64,000 bases of DNA, taken from the NCBI GenBank assembly GCA_001179505.1, contig CDMY01000061.1, forward strand, positions 62,001 through 126,000, in the 5' to 3' direction. The DNA comes from Vitrella brassicaformis CCMP3155 (lineage: Eukaryota > Protista > Chromerida). Below are positions 38,192-48,486 of this stretch, piece by piece; position 1 is the first letter of the stretch; each line of letters begins with the position of its first letter. The position numbers and the translations under genes were made by a program. Under the pieces are notes generated by a model. The model was not told where the DNA came from. It made no database searches and saw only the letters and a list, made by a program, of their open reading frames with translations.

Positions 38192-38804
38192 AGCATGTAG
38201 TGATGCGGTGTGCGTGTGTGATGTTTTCTTACAAGGGAAGGGGCGAGCAGCTGCTGGGTGTGTCTCTATTTGTCTGATTGATGCCGGGTGCACGTGGTCG
38301 TGATAGGACATCCCTCCATGCACTCACTCACTGGCTACATACCTACACACACGCACACGGCTCACACAGACACGCTCACACCCACATACATACATTTATA
38401 GTGTCCTGTGTCACTGGCGTTTGTTGGCACAGGGGTGCATTCGTGAGTACGCAGTACGCAGGTCTTTTATCTCTTTCGTTTTGTTTCGTGTGAATGAATG
38501 AATCGATTTATCATGCACGTGTACGTGAGTGGTAGGCCAACCTGCTGTCTGGTGAGAAGGAAGTTTGAGCCACAAGATGTGTCTCATGCATCGTGTCTAT
38601 CTACGGCCGATGTGGATGACAGGGACTGCAGGCAGTCTGGCAGCCAGGCAAGCAGGCAGGGGGGCATAGGCCTCCACTTACACAGTACAGTAATGCTTCA
38701 TACGTATACATTTGCATGCCACAAACGAGGACGGACTTATGCTATTTGACATCAAATTCGGTTGCATATCTCTGTCCGTCGTCATCGAGTGCATAGCCGA
38801 TCGT

Positions 38805-40278
38805 CTAACACATAGTACACGGAAAAGTTCTACACAGGGGCTTGCGCCGCCGCCACTCTCTAGAAATCCGCTCTAGACCTTCTGCGCCAGCATAACGTTG
38901 ATCCGTCCCTTGAGATATGTACACAGGCTCAAATTGGTGAAAGACAGCTGACCACCTGCAGCGCAGCAAACACATGACACCGATGTGGAAGACAACATCG
39001 CTGCAGCTCGTATAGAAGCACACCAGGCAGCAGATGATGCAGGATGACCAGAATGTCGTCAGGACGAGCCAAGAACTGCACGCACAAAAGGAACACATAA
39101 TCGCATTCTTTTCCTCTGTGCGTTATCGCTCACCTCTTCAGCGATGACGTTGTGTTGTTGTCTTTTCGCTGCCATGGGCACCGGCAGGCCCATGGGCATC
39201 CCCATACCACTGCCAGGCTGGAAAGGGCGGAAGTGCTCAATCATCACGTGAACAAACAACGTCAGGAATGTAGTCGCCTGCAAAAGGGGACGCGGCTCAG
39301 GCTGCGCATGACTGTCCTTGTCCGTGCGTACCAGCAGGACGTTGTCAAGAGGCTCGCATATGAGTGTGTAGGCCACTCTGATGAGAGACCCACACGGAGA
39401 GATAGCTGAACATCGATCCATGCATGCCTCTGTGTCCGCCTGATCATTACTTGTCCATTTGTTTCCACACGACTAGTTTGGGCGTCTGGAAGAGGGGGGA
39501 CGGTTGGAAACGGAGAATGCCTGCATCCACAGATGACAAGCGCGAACTTCACGAAGCAGACGAACGCTTGCAGAGCAGTGTGTGTACCCTCCGTTATGTC
39601 TGCTGCCGCAGCAGGCGGGCTGGAGCGCCGAGAACCACTGCTAAAACCCCACACAGATACATGACAAGCGCACAGCCGTATGGGCCGTCACTCATCCTCC
39701 CTTCCTTCGTTCATACACCTACTCGGTGTTTGCGTACAGCCTGAGGAACCAGTCATCGTCTGCAGCCGCGGCGCCACTGGGCAGAGCAGCCGAGGAGTGT
39801 GTCATTGGGGAGGGGAAGTGCATCCTGCCCTTTGGTACTGGCTTGGGCGGCGCATCACTCGCACACTGGGTCTGCCACAAGCAAACCAACACCAACACAC
39901 ACATACAACCAACGAATTGGTGAGCAACGTGGTGTTGTTGAGGGATGCGCAGGCAGCCGACCTGGAATAGGTGTTCCTCTAAGATTCGCCGCATGATGGT
40001 CTGCGAAGCAAGCGCAACATTTGCAGTCAGCCAGTCAGTCAGCCACCCATTCCATTCGTTGTGCACATGCTCATTGACTCATGTGCGTGGGCGTGTACCT
40101 GCTGCCGTGTTTTCTTCTGGCCGTCGTTGCCCTCCGGCGAGTAGAAGATGGAGAAGAACAGGCGATGTGATGAGTCGACAGAGTGAATCATCAAACCATA
40201 CACCATGATGACGATGCGCACGGCGAAAAGATCCGCGCCCACGGCGAAAAGATCTGCGTAATTCAGGGTTTGGCGCAT
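38805..40278 (-). CDS. Hypothetical multi-exon protein with N-terminal hydrophobic segment and hydrophobic Cys-rich C-terminus
   Basis: ATG at 40278 (MRQTLNYADLFAVGADLFAVRIVIMVYGLMIH...TRQQ|gt). Exons TIMRRILEEHLFQ, TQCASDAPP..., LIRVAYTLICEPLDNVLLVR..., SSWLVLTTFWSSCIICCLVCFY are bounded by AG/GT sites. No domain recognised. Confidence 0.45.
40219..40258. repeat. Two-copy 21-bp tandem repeat (CACGGCGAAAAGATC core) encoding ADLFAV twice
   Basis: Copies start at 40219 and 40240. Confidence 0.9.
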
Positions 40279-40320
40279 CAGGGTTTTGAACCCTTGACCC
40301 TAAAAACCCTAACCCTAAAA
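40264..40320. promoter_or_regulatory. Cluster of telomere-like (CCCTAA/CCCTAAA, telo-box-like) motifs in a bidirectional promoter
   Basis: CCCTAAAAACCCTAACCCTAAAA at 40298-40320 plus opposite-strand CAGGGTTT at 40264 and 40279, at the divergent starts 40278(-)/40427(+). Confidence 0.5.
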
Positions 40321-40340
40321 TGCCGCCAGAGAGATCAGCC

Positions 40341-40384
40341 ATCAGTATCAACGTGATTTGATATCAGTATCAACGTGATTTGAT
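40341..40384. repeat. Perfect two-copy 22-bp tandem repeat ATCAGTATCAACGTGATTTGAT
   Basis: Copies at 40341-40362 and 40363-40384 in an intergenic promoter. Confidence 0.95.
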
Positions 40385-40426
40385 TCTCCGACGTTCACAC
40401 GGCTGTATCCGTGCAGCAAGGATGCG

Positions 40427-43400
40427 ATGCGGGTGGTGATCTTCGGCATCTTGGGATTATCATGTTCAAGTCATTCCCACCTGCAGCAGCATCGGTGGCC
40501 ATGGCCTCGCGTGGGCGCAGAAGAAAGCCAGAAACAGAAACAGCGGCAGAGGAAGCTTCAACTACCATCATTGACTCGTCCAATGAGCCACAACCATCGC
40601 CACGGGGAGATGGACAGCTCGACGGCAATGCTCCCCTCCTTACCGCTGCCCGCTTTCCAAAGGCCCATTCTCACCCCTACCCACCTACGCCGGGCAGCCC
40701 TGATGAATCAGAAGCGGCGGCTGGTCAAGCTGTGTGGGTTTGTCGTGGCACCGCAGCCCGCATCCGCCCTTGTGGATCTCCGGAAAGTGAAGAGGCATCC
40801 GCCTTCCCCTTCTAGCAAACACGTTGACAACACCACCAGCAACTATAGAGTGCGGCGGCGGCCGAGTGCCGAGGCCCTTCGGCTCAACGAACAGATCGCC
40901 AACGCCACATCTGCTGCGGAGCTGCTCCGTGTGGCTAATACCAGTGATGACAGCCTGGTGGATCTGGACCATTTGGTGCTGCTTGTGGCGAAAGTAGGGT
41001 CCTTCCATGCACAGCGAGGCGACCACGCTGTGCGAGCGTTCGAGAGGGAGGGGTCAGACGGCAAGCGGCGGAAAAAGGGGACTGACGATGCACTGGCCGC
41101 CATCAAGACCGACCCGACTTTTCTGGGCATCTTGCGTCGACTGGAGAGCCGTCAGGAGGACATCGGCAGCCTGCCGCCCTTCCTCATATCGAGGCTGATG
41201 TTGGGCTTGTCGCGTCTGCAAGTGGACAGTCCTCTGATGGACCTCAGCACCATGGCTCTCGCCGCCCGCCTGCAGACCACTGAAGGCAAGTACAGCTGGC
41301 CAGTTGACCTCGCGGGAGCCATCGCAGCGCTGGCGAGGGCAGAACGCGAACACGGCAATCGGGGGGCCAACCAGACCGCTATTCTGAGGCTGTTGAAGCA
41401 GGTGTCGCCATCACTTGTGGGCCGATTCGGTGAGGATGCAGTTTCCCAATGCCTGTGGGCCATCGCGTCGATGCGGGTGCGGCTGCCTCCCCTCACCGAC
41501 GCCCTGTGTCACCGCTTCCTGGAATTGCTTGATCAGGATGGGGGCATCAGGCGGCCGCAGCACATGGCAACGGTCGCGTGGTCCCTTGCCACCATTGTCG
41601 AGAGCGATGGTGACGCATCTGACCCCATGAAGCTCCCTGAGTCAGCATCGGCCTCGCTGACGGTCCACGATCGTGTTGTTCGCCGCGTCTTCGACAAGCT
41701 CGAGGGTGTCATTCGCCACCGAGTGGGCCAGTTCAATGTGCCCGACGTCGCCATGACCCTCTGGGCGTTCAGCGTTATCGGCGCGAGGCATAGAGAGACC
41801 ATCGACACACTCATCGCGCGCTCGTCGGCCCTCAGGGGCCGCTTCAGCGATTCGTTCTTACTGATGGCTTTGTGCGCAGCGGCTCGCTTCGGTCTGTGGC
41901 AGACGTGGCTGTTCGACGATATTGATCGCATCCACAGGAACCTGGTGGAAGTGTCACGACGCATCAGGGGCGGTGGGGGGTGGGAGAGGGGCGCGGGAGG
42001 GTGGGATATACTGGCCTTCACAACGGTGCTGGCGACGAGTGTGGGGACGGCTGTGGCCAGCTGGAGGGAGAGCAATGGCCTGCCGGCAGGCCACAGGTAC
42101 TTGATTGATGACGACGAGATTGATGATGATGAGGATAGGGGTGAAGATGAGAGGGAAGAGAGAGATGGTGATGGTGCTGTTTCGTTGCGTATTCGCAAGC
42201 TGGAGGGCATCTTGTGGGACATCATGCGGGTGCTGCGTGAGGAAGGCAGCCTGGAGGCCATGCCCCCCCATGAGCTCACCATGATACTCAGCGCTGTCGG
42301 AAAGGCCACACTGCCGCACAGGGTACGTACGCCATGCGAGGCAAGTCGTCCGTCCATGGATGCGATGTACCCATCCCATCTGTGTGTTCCCTTCCTTTCT
42401 GCGTGTTCTCCTCCTCCTGTCAGGGGAAGTTCCGACAAGCGTACGAGGAAATTGCTCCTCGGATCGAGGGCAGGCTCCCTGACCTGCATGGCCCGCAGCT
42501 GTCGCGGCTGCTCTACACATACGCCAACGCACACATATTCCCTACGGTGAGAGAGGTCGCGCCAGCAACAAATTGTCCCTTCTGTCTGTCCGGACGCATA
42601 CGTGTCTGTGCACCTATGTGTCACCCATCCCTCCATCCATCAGAGTCTGTTTGAGAGGGCGGCCGAGCTCGCGACCCGACATCTGGACTCGTTCTCCGCT
42701 CTCAACGTGTCCAACCTGCTGTGGGCCATCGCCAAGGCACACCAGTCATGCGACAATGTTTACCTCTCTCTGACGGAGGGCAACGCTGCTCTATACCCAG
42801 AACTGCTCAAGGTAGCCCAGAGAACACACGCCCACAGATGGGAGAGAGAGATGATGACATCTGTTTGCTGTTGCCTGACGTTATCTCTCTCCATTAGACG
42901 CTGAGCCAGCGCATCGACGGCTGGACGTCTCTGCGCAACTACGACCCGACGGTGCTGACGGCCACACTCAACGCCCTCTCGCTCGTGGGCGACTCACACG
43001 TCGACACCAGGCTGGTGACCAAGATCGCCAAAGCCATGGCCGAGGGTGGGGACGTGTTCGTGCGGATGAGGTACAGCGCACCCCAGGTGGTGGAGACAGC
43101 GGCCGCACTGGCGAGGGCCAACGTAAGCGCCGCGGACTCACAGGAGTTGTTTGCCGCCGTGAGGGACCATGCCATGGCCAAACTATACGTGAGTGTGGGG
43201 CGGAGGAAGGAGAAAGGAGGGCACCGTCGGCTGATGTGTGTCCATGTGTGTGTGTGTGTGTTCAGGAGTATGGGACTCGTGACATGGCCAATGGCCTGTG
43301 GGCCTTCACTGTGGCGGGCGTGTGGGAGCGGCCGCTCTTCGACAAAGTGGCGGCGCACATACTCGCACACCCTGGGTAGCTGTGGCAACACTCACTCTCG

Positions 43401-44972
43401 AGACATCCGTGTGCCCATCCCTGTCTGTCTGTCTGTCTGTGGTTTGTCCAGGTGTCTGGCCGAGATGTCAGCGTGGGAGCTTTCCATCATTGCGTGGGCG
43501 TACGGCAAGACACACATCAGGTCAGCCAATCCACCGATCGATCCATCCGCCGATCGACACCCAGGCAGGCTTGCTGTCTCCCTTCTTTCCACCAGGAATG
43601 AAGCGCTGATGGACCGTCTGGCGGCCAACACGATGCACCGGCTGCACGAGTTCAGTGACCAGGGCCTCAAGATGCTCCTGTGGTCATTCGCCAAGCTCGA
43701 CTACAGCGCACCAGAGCTGTACGCACGGGCCAGCGAGGAGCTGACGAGGGGCAGGGACGTGGCAGCCATGAAGCCCGTCGATGTGGCTGTCATACTCTGG
43801 AGCTACGCCAAACAGGGGGTGAGCAAAGCACTCACTCCTGCATCCATCGACACACCGATTTATGTGTGTATCATGGTCAGATTCAGGATTGGGGTGTGTT
43901 CCAGCGTGTCGAGGACGTGTACCCGCCCCGCATCCGTGGGGGCGAGTGCACGCCTCGCGACGTGGCCATGATGCTGTGGGCATACACAGAACTGGAGTTC
44001 GTCGCCGAGGACCTCATGATGGTCAGCTACCTACCCACCCTAGCACCGACTTACTCGGGGGGGGGGGGGGGCAACNNNNNNNNNNNNNNNNNNNNNNNNN
44101 NNNNNNNNNNNNNNNNNNNNNNNNNNNNNNNNNNNNNNNNNNNNNNNNNNNNNNNNNNNNNNNNNNNNNNNNNNNNNNNNNNNNNNNNNNNNNNNNNNNN
44201 NNNNNNNNNNNNNNNNNNNNNNNNNNNNNNNNNNNNNNNNNNNNNNNNNNNNNNNNNNNNNNNNNNNNNNNNNNNNNNNNNNNNNNNNNNNNNNNNNNNN
44301 NNNNNNNNNNNNNNNNNNNNNNNNNNNNNNNNNNNNNNNNNNNNNNNNNNNNNNNNNNNNNNNNNNNNNNNNNNNCGGGGGGGGGGGGGGGCAACGCAAC
44401 AGAGCACCATGTATGTGGCCTGGTGCTCATTTGCAGGCAGCTGCTGAGTGGGGAGCCGACAATCTGGAGGTGAAACGATTGACAACGGGCAGCGACGCCA
44501 TGCACATACCTAACGTGTGGTTTGTGGTGGTGGGGTGGGTGCAATGCAGCGCTTCGACAACGGCCTGCTTGTGCGGCTGATCTGGGCCCTCGCATACAAC
44601 CAAGGCTACGTCAACATTGACAGAGACGTACGTAGCAAAGCATCTGACACAGCTGAACACAAAGAGGAGGCACACCCATGTCTCCCCTTCCTCTGTTCAA
44701 TATATGCATGATGGCATGGCTTGCAGATCTTTGTGCGGATCGCGCAGGAGACGCTGCCGCGTATGAATGACTTCAACCCCCGGCAGCTGGGCTGGATGCT
44801 CGCGGCCTTCTATCAGACGGGGCTGCTCAAACCAGGAAAGCTGATGCACCAGGAGAGCCTTCTGGCGGCAGAGCCACCGGGCAGCAGCAACCCCAACGCC
44901 ACTGATGTGCGCGAGGCTGGTGCCGCTTTGGTGCCTGTGAGCAATGCGGCTGCGACTTGGGATGTGGGTTGA
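40427..44972 (+). CDS. Helical-repeat organellar RNA-binding protein (HPR/OPR/FAST-like repeats), multi-exon, spans a gap
   Basis: Repeated units such as RPQHMATVAWSLATI, FNVPDVAMTLWAFSVIG, LHGPQLSRLLYTYANAH, FSALNVSNLLWAIAKAH, MSAWELSIIAWAYGKT, FSDQGLKMLLWSFAKLDY, MKPVDVAVILWSYAKQG, CTPRDVAMMLWAYTELE, FNPRQLGWMLAAFYQTG. No RAP domain seen; stop at 44972. Confidence 0.85.
44076..44375. other. Assembly gap (300 N), probably spurious
   Basis: Both flanks carry the same C-(G)n-CAAC sequence, so the contig ends probably overlap at a poly-G tract. Confidence 0.9.
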
Positions 44973-45432
44973 GATCGACGTCGTGTGCGCTTTCTGAGTG
45001 TTTGAGGCATGCTGGGCTATCGTCGTATTTGGACGGTTGGACGGACGATAGGGCTGTTTGTTGGAACGAAGGCTTTGGTTCATAATGAAGATGTGTGCCA
45101 AACACAACCATCTGATTCCATTGCTTACTTAGCCCATACTCGTGTCCAGTGTTTCTTCTCCTACCGGTTCACTGTATCCAGCTCTCGGCACTGCTGAGGA
45201 GCCGAACGCATCGGACTGACCAACTCCCCTTTGATAGGGAGTCGTTCAGGCCGACGCGTCGGACCCGGCAGCACAGCGGAGAGGGAGCATAGTGCATAGG
45301 TTCACAGAAAAAGCATCGACACACACTCCAGAAGGTAACCAGCGAGCGATGTAGTTGGCCCACCAGCTAGATGTCTATGTACAGCAGCACCTACTCACTC
45401 CCTCCCTCCCTCCCTCCCTCATCACACCTGAC

Positions 45433-45993
45433 TCATAGCCTCTCTTCCTTCATTCCCTCGTCAGCTGCTTTGACCGTCTCCTCTTCCCCACCTCCCTCCA
45501 CACCTCCCAGCACACATCTTGCGTCGTCGACGGCACCCTTAAGCCTGTCGACCAGGGCCCTCTTGTACTCCACCTCCCGCCTCAGTGTCCGCACCACCTC
45601 CTCACACACCATGGCACGCTGCAGCCGACTCGTGGCGCTCGCCAGGTTCTGCAGGATGCGAAACACGTTGTCGAACCGGGCGTTGTGGCGCCCCTTGCCC
45701 TCCACCAGGGCGTCGAGCATCGCCCGGATCTCGTCGGGCAGCATGTCTACCAGCCGCCTCATCTCCTCACGCAGATCTGCGTCGGGGGCGTCGCTGAGCA
45801 TGTTGGTGACACTGTCGAGTGGCGGTGGAGGCGAGAAAGTGGTGGTGAAGACTTGCCCGAAGGCCCAGAAGGGGTCCACAGATGCCGGCGGCGGGAGGGC
45901 ATCGATGCTGCTGTGAAAGATCTTGTAGTGGATGGGAGGCGGCGGATACGCGTCCGCATAAAGCGGCTCACCGTGCGTATGGCTGTCCTCCAT
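45433..45993 (-). CDS. MED7: Mediator of RNA polymerase II transcription subunit 7 (single exon)
   Basis: YPPPPIHYKIF...LPPP...FWAFGQVF...DLREEMRRLV...MLDALV...FDNVFRILQNLASATSRLQRAMVCEEVVRTLRREVEYKRALVDRL follows the Med7 pattern (P-rich/YK start, FG, D.K.EL.KL, N.HHL.N..R..QA.E.L helix). Confidence 0.8.
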   Translation of the reverse strand: MEDSHTHGEPLYADAYPPPPIHYKIFHSSIDALPPPASVDPFWAFGQVFTTTFSPPPPLDSVTNMLSDAPDADLREEMRRLVDMLPDEIRAMLDALVEGKGRHNARFDNVFRILQNLASATSRLQRAMVCEEVVRTLRREVEYKRALVDRLKGAVDDARCVLGGVEGGGEEETVKAADEGMKEERL

Positions 45994-46023
45994 CACCACC
46001 GCTCTGCGGCGAGCTCGCGATTC

Positions 46024-46042
46024 CGTGAAACCGCTCTCTCAG
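46024..46042 (+). promoter_or_regulatory. Copy of shared promoter element (CGTGAAACCGCTCTCTCAG)
   Basis: 19-bp exact match to the reverse complement of 60346-60364 and 14-bp match to 55938-55951; 31 bp upstream of the MED7 ATG. Confidence 0.7.
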
Positions 46043-46171
46043 CCCTCAAGCTGCACGGTGTGTGTCGGTCGGTGAGCACATCGATCCCGTTACTGCTGAT
46101 CTGTATGTAGGATTGTCTTTGTGATTGCTGCAGCTGCCTTGTTTCGGCAATCGCTTCTACTTGGTGGTGCA

Positions 46172-46642
46172 ATGGCGGTGCTCAGCTCCCGGGGTGGAGA
46201 GGTCGACCTGATCTTCGATGACGGCACTCACGACGAGACTAAGGCCCTCACGAGCGGCATCGTGCGGGGGGAGATGAGTGCTGAGAAGGCCTCACGGCTC
46301 ATCGACACTGGAGCAGACGCCCCAGCCACTGTCACATTGGGAGGAGGGGGCATGCAAGGGAAACGGAGCTTGTTGGAGCTGGCCTTCTTCTACCTCGTGT
46401 GCATCTGCAGCGAGTGCCGCGCGGTCCTGCGCATTCTGGTGGCTGCCGGCGCCAAGATGATCCAGCGCTCACCCGGATGCTCTCTCTCTCCCGGATGCGC
46501 CTGCCGAGCTGCTGGTGTCTCACTGAAGAGCCTGAAGGAGCGAAGAAGGCCGGCGCGGCCGTTGAGCTCTTGTGTACATGTTGCACAGACATGTACACAT
46601 ACAGACGGGACTCACTGTGAACGATTATCCGCTGCTGAGTGA
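46172..46642 (+). pseudogene. Truncated copy of the divergent ankyrin-like module also found twice in the 51466 gene (fragment or short gene)
   Basis: LIFDDGTHDETKALTSGIVRG...RLIDTGADA...SLLELA...VLRILVAAGAK aligns by eye with LVFPEGTSGITRQLA...RLIDQGAD and VTLPDGSSPQTKRLAVGLSNG...KLIGQGADA...SLISLA...VLSVLVKHGADI. Similarity is lost after about 46460. Confidence 0.5.
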
Positions 46643-46704
46643 GTGTCTCTCTCGCTCCCGTTGTTGTTTGAGTGTCTTTCTCTCTCGCGTTGCCTGAGTC
46701 AGTC

Positions 46705-47938
46705 ATGCCGGCGTTGTCCGTCTGCTGTGTGCCCGGCTGTGTCCGGAAGGCCGGCACCAAAGAGGGCTGTGGCAACAAGTGCGTCAATCATGCCTTCCCC
46801 TGCAAGACGCACGGCTGCACCAATGCCCGCAGTAAGGACGGCCTCTGCAAGCGGTGCAACGCGCGGCTCCGTGACAAGAAGGAGGCGGGCCGACCCAAGC
46901 ACCATGACCGCAGCACCGGTAAGCTTCTCACGAGTGAGGGAAGACTCGAGAGTGAGACACGAGAGTGAGACACGAGCGACAATCACGCCTTTTTTGTGTC
47001 TCTGTTTGGACAGACGATTTCTTTCTCGAAGCAAATCGTGCGGCCGTGGTGGAGCGTGCCAACCAGGCACTCGGCCATGCCGCACGCGGCCACGAGCTCA
47101 AGCACTACGCAAGTGAGCTGATCAGCGCATGTCGGTCACTGTTTGTGTCTCACTGTGTGTGTGCAGACATCATGCGTCGAGAGATGGGAGAGGCGAACCC
47201 TCGCGACATCAAGATCTACCAGAAGCAAGTAACTGAATGACCGCAGCTGAATTGAGTTACCGCTTGTGGATGCTGTCTCAGTCAGCAGCCGTGTCGATGG
47301 CCATTGCCCGCAGCAAGGCCGACTATCGCGCCGCACACAAGGAACAAGGCATCAAGGGGATCATCCAGGGCGAGAAGGTCGGATACACTCTGGGCCTGCG
47401 CGTGTGTGTCTGTGCGTATGTCTGTCTGTCTGCGTATCTCTGTCTGTGTCTGTCGCTGCAGAAGTGTCGAGAGTGTGGGATGAAGGTGTGCATCTGCGGC
47501 GAGGATGTCCAACAGGCCAGGCGTACCGAGAAGGTCAGATGATCACATATTTCCTCACACAGACGCCTTGACACCTATTTGATGGGTGTGATTCAGCGTT
47601 CCATCGAGTGCATCACGATTGATGACGAGGACCCTCCCGCCAAAGCCCCCAACGTCGGCAAGGAGGTCACACACACACACCTCTATATACGTCTGACATC
47701 ATGCCTATATATGCGTGCGACACGTGTGTGTTGTTGTGTGGGCGTTGCAGCCTTCCATCTGCTACGTGTATCGTTCCATCTGCTGCAAGTGCAAGACTAC
47801 AACCAGCCGACCCGACAAGGTGGTCACACAACACGCACCTATATATCTGTGTGTGCGTGTTGTGTGTGTGATGTGTGCGACTGGATGCAGTGTTGCCCGA
47901 TTTGTCTCGAGTATCCCTGCACCTGTGATGCCGAATAG
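46705..47938 (+). CDS. Small Cys-rich putative zinc-binding protein, 8 exons
   Basis: N-terminal CCVPGC...CVNH..PCKTHGC....KDGLCKRC (Cx4C...CxxH-type repeats). C-terminal exons KCRECGMKVCIC, ICYVYRSICCKC and CCPICLEYPCTC are each on a phase-0 exon. Stop TAG at 47938. Confidence 0.65.
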
Positions 47939-48223
47939 CCCCACAAACGATACACACCCAACCCTCATCGACGTGGTACGACACCCCCCCCCCATCACCT
48001 CACACAGTGTGACACGTGTGTGATGTGGTGTGTGACTGGATGCAGTGTCGCTCGATGACAGAACGCACTGCATCTTGATCCCACCAAGTCGAGAGATGAT
48101 CAGGCAGTCACACACATGCAGACACCGCAACGAGTACATGTACATGAATACCTGACAGAATGAACCAATGCAGAGAGCTGATTGAGTGGTATAATCGCAG
48201 AGACAGCAAGTCAGAGGCAGTAG

Positions 48224-48405
48224 CAGACACGTGAACGGATGGACCGCAGCTAAGCAAATCGTATAAATGGTCAGCGAGTCAGAGAGAGACGCGCGGCTGT
48301 ATGAGAAAATTCGTGCCTTCGGGTCAGCACGCTCACCTCAGACACGTGAATGGATGGACCGCAGCTAAGCAAATCGTATAAATGGTCAGCGAGTCAGAGA
48401 GACGC
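48224..48405. repeat. ~67-bp direct repeat with 115-bp period (48224-48291, 48339-48405) plus a partial third copy
   Basis: CAGACACGTGAA(C/T)GGATGGACCGCAGCTAAGCAAATCGTATAAATGGTCAGCGAGTCAGAGAGA(GA)CGC occurs twice between convergent 3' ends. Confidence 0.93.
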
Positions 48406-48486
48406 AGAGACGTGAGTGGATGGACGGTCTGACAGCGCCCTCACACCACAGACACGTGCGCGACACATAATCCCTCTCCCTTGGAC

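Noticed and set aside
40298-40320. True telomere or chromosome-fusion site
   Set aside because: Only about three imperfect units embedded in a 148-bp promoter; kept only as a possible regulatory motif.
40341-40384. Short direct repeats (22 bp x2; also 21 bp x2 and 67 bp x2 elsewhere) as a CRISPR-like array
   Set aside because: Copies are adjacent or only two in number, there are no unique spacers of regular length, no cas genes, and the context is eukaryotic.
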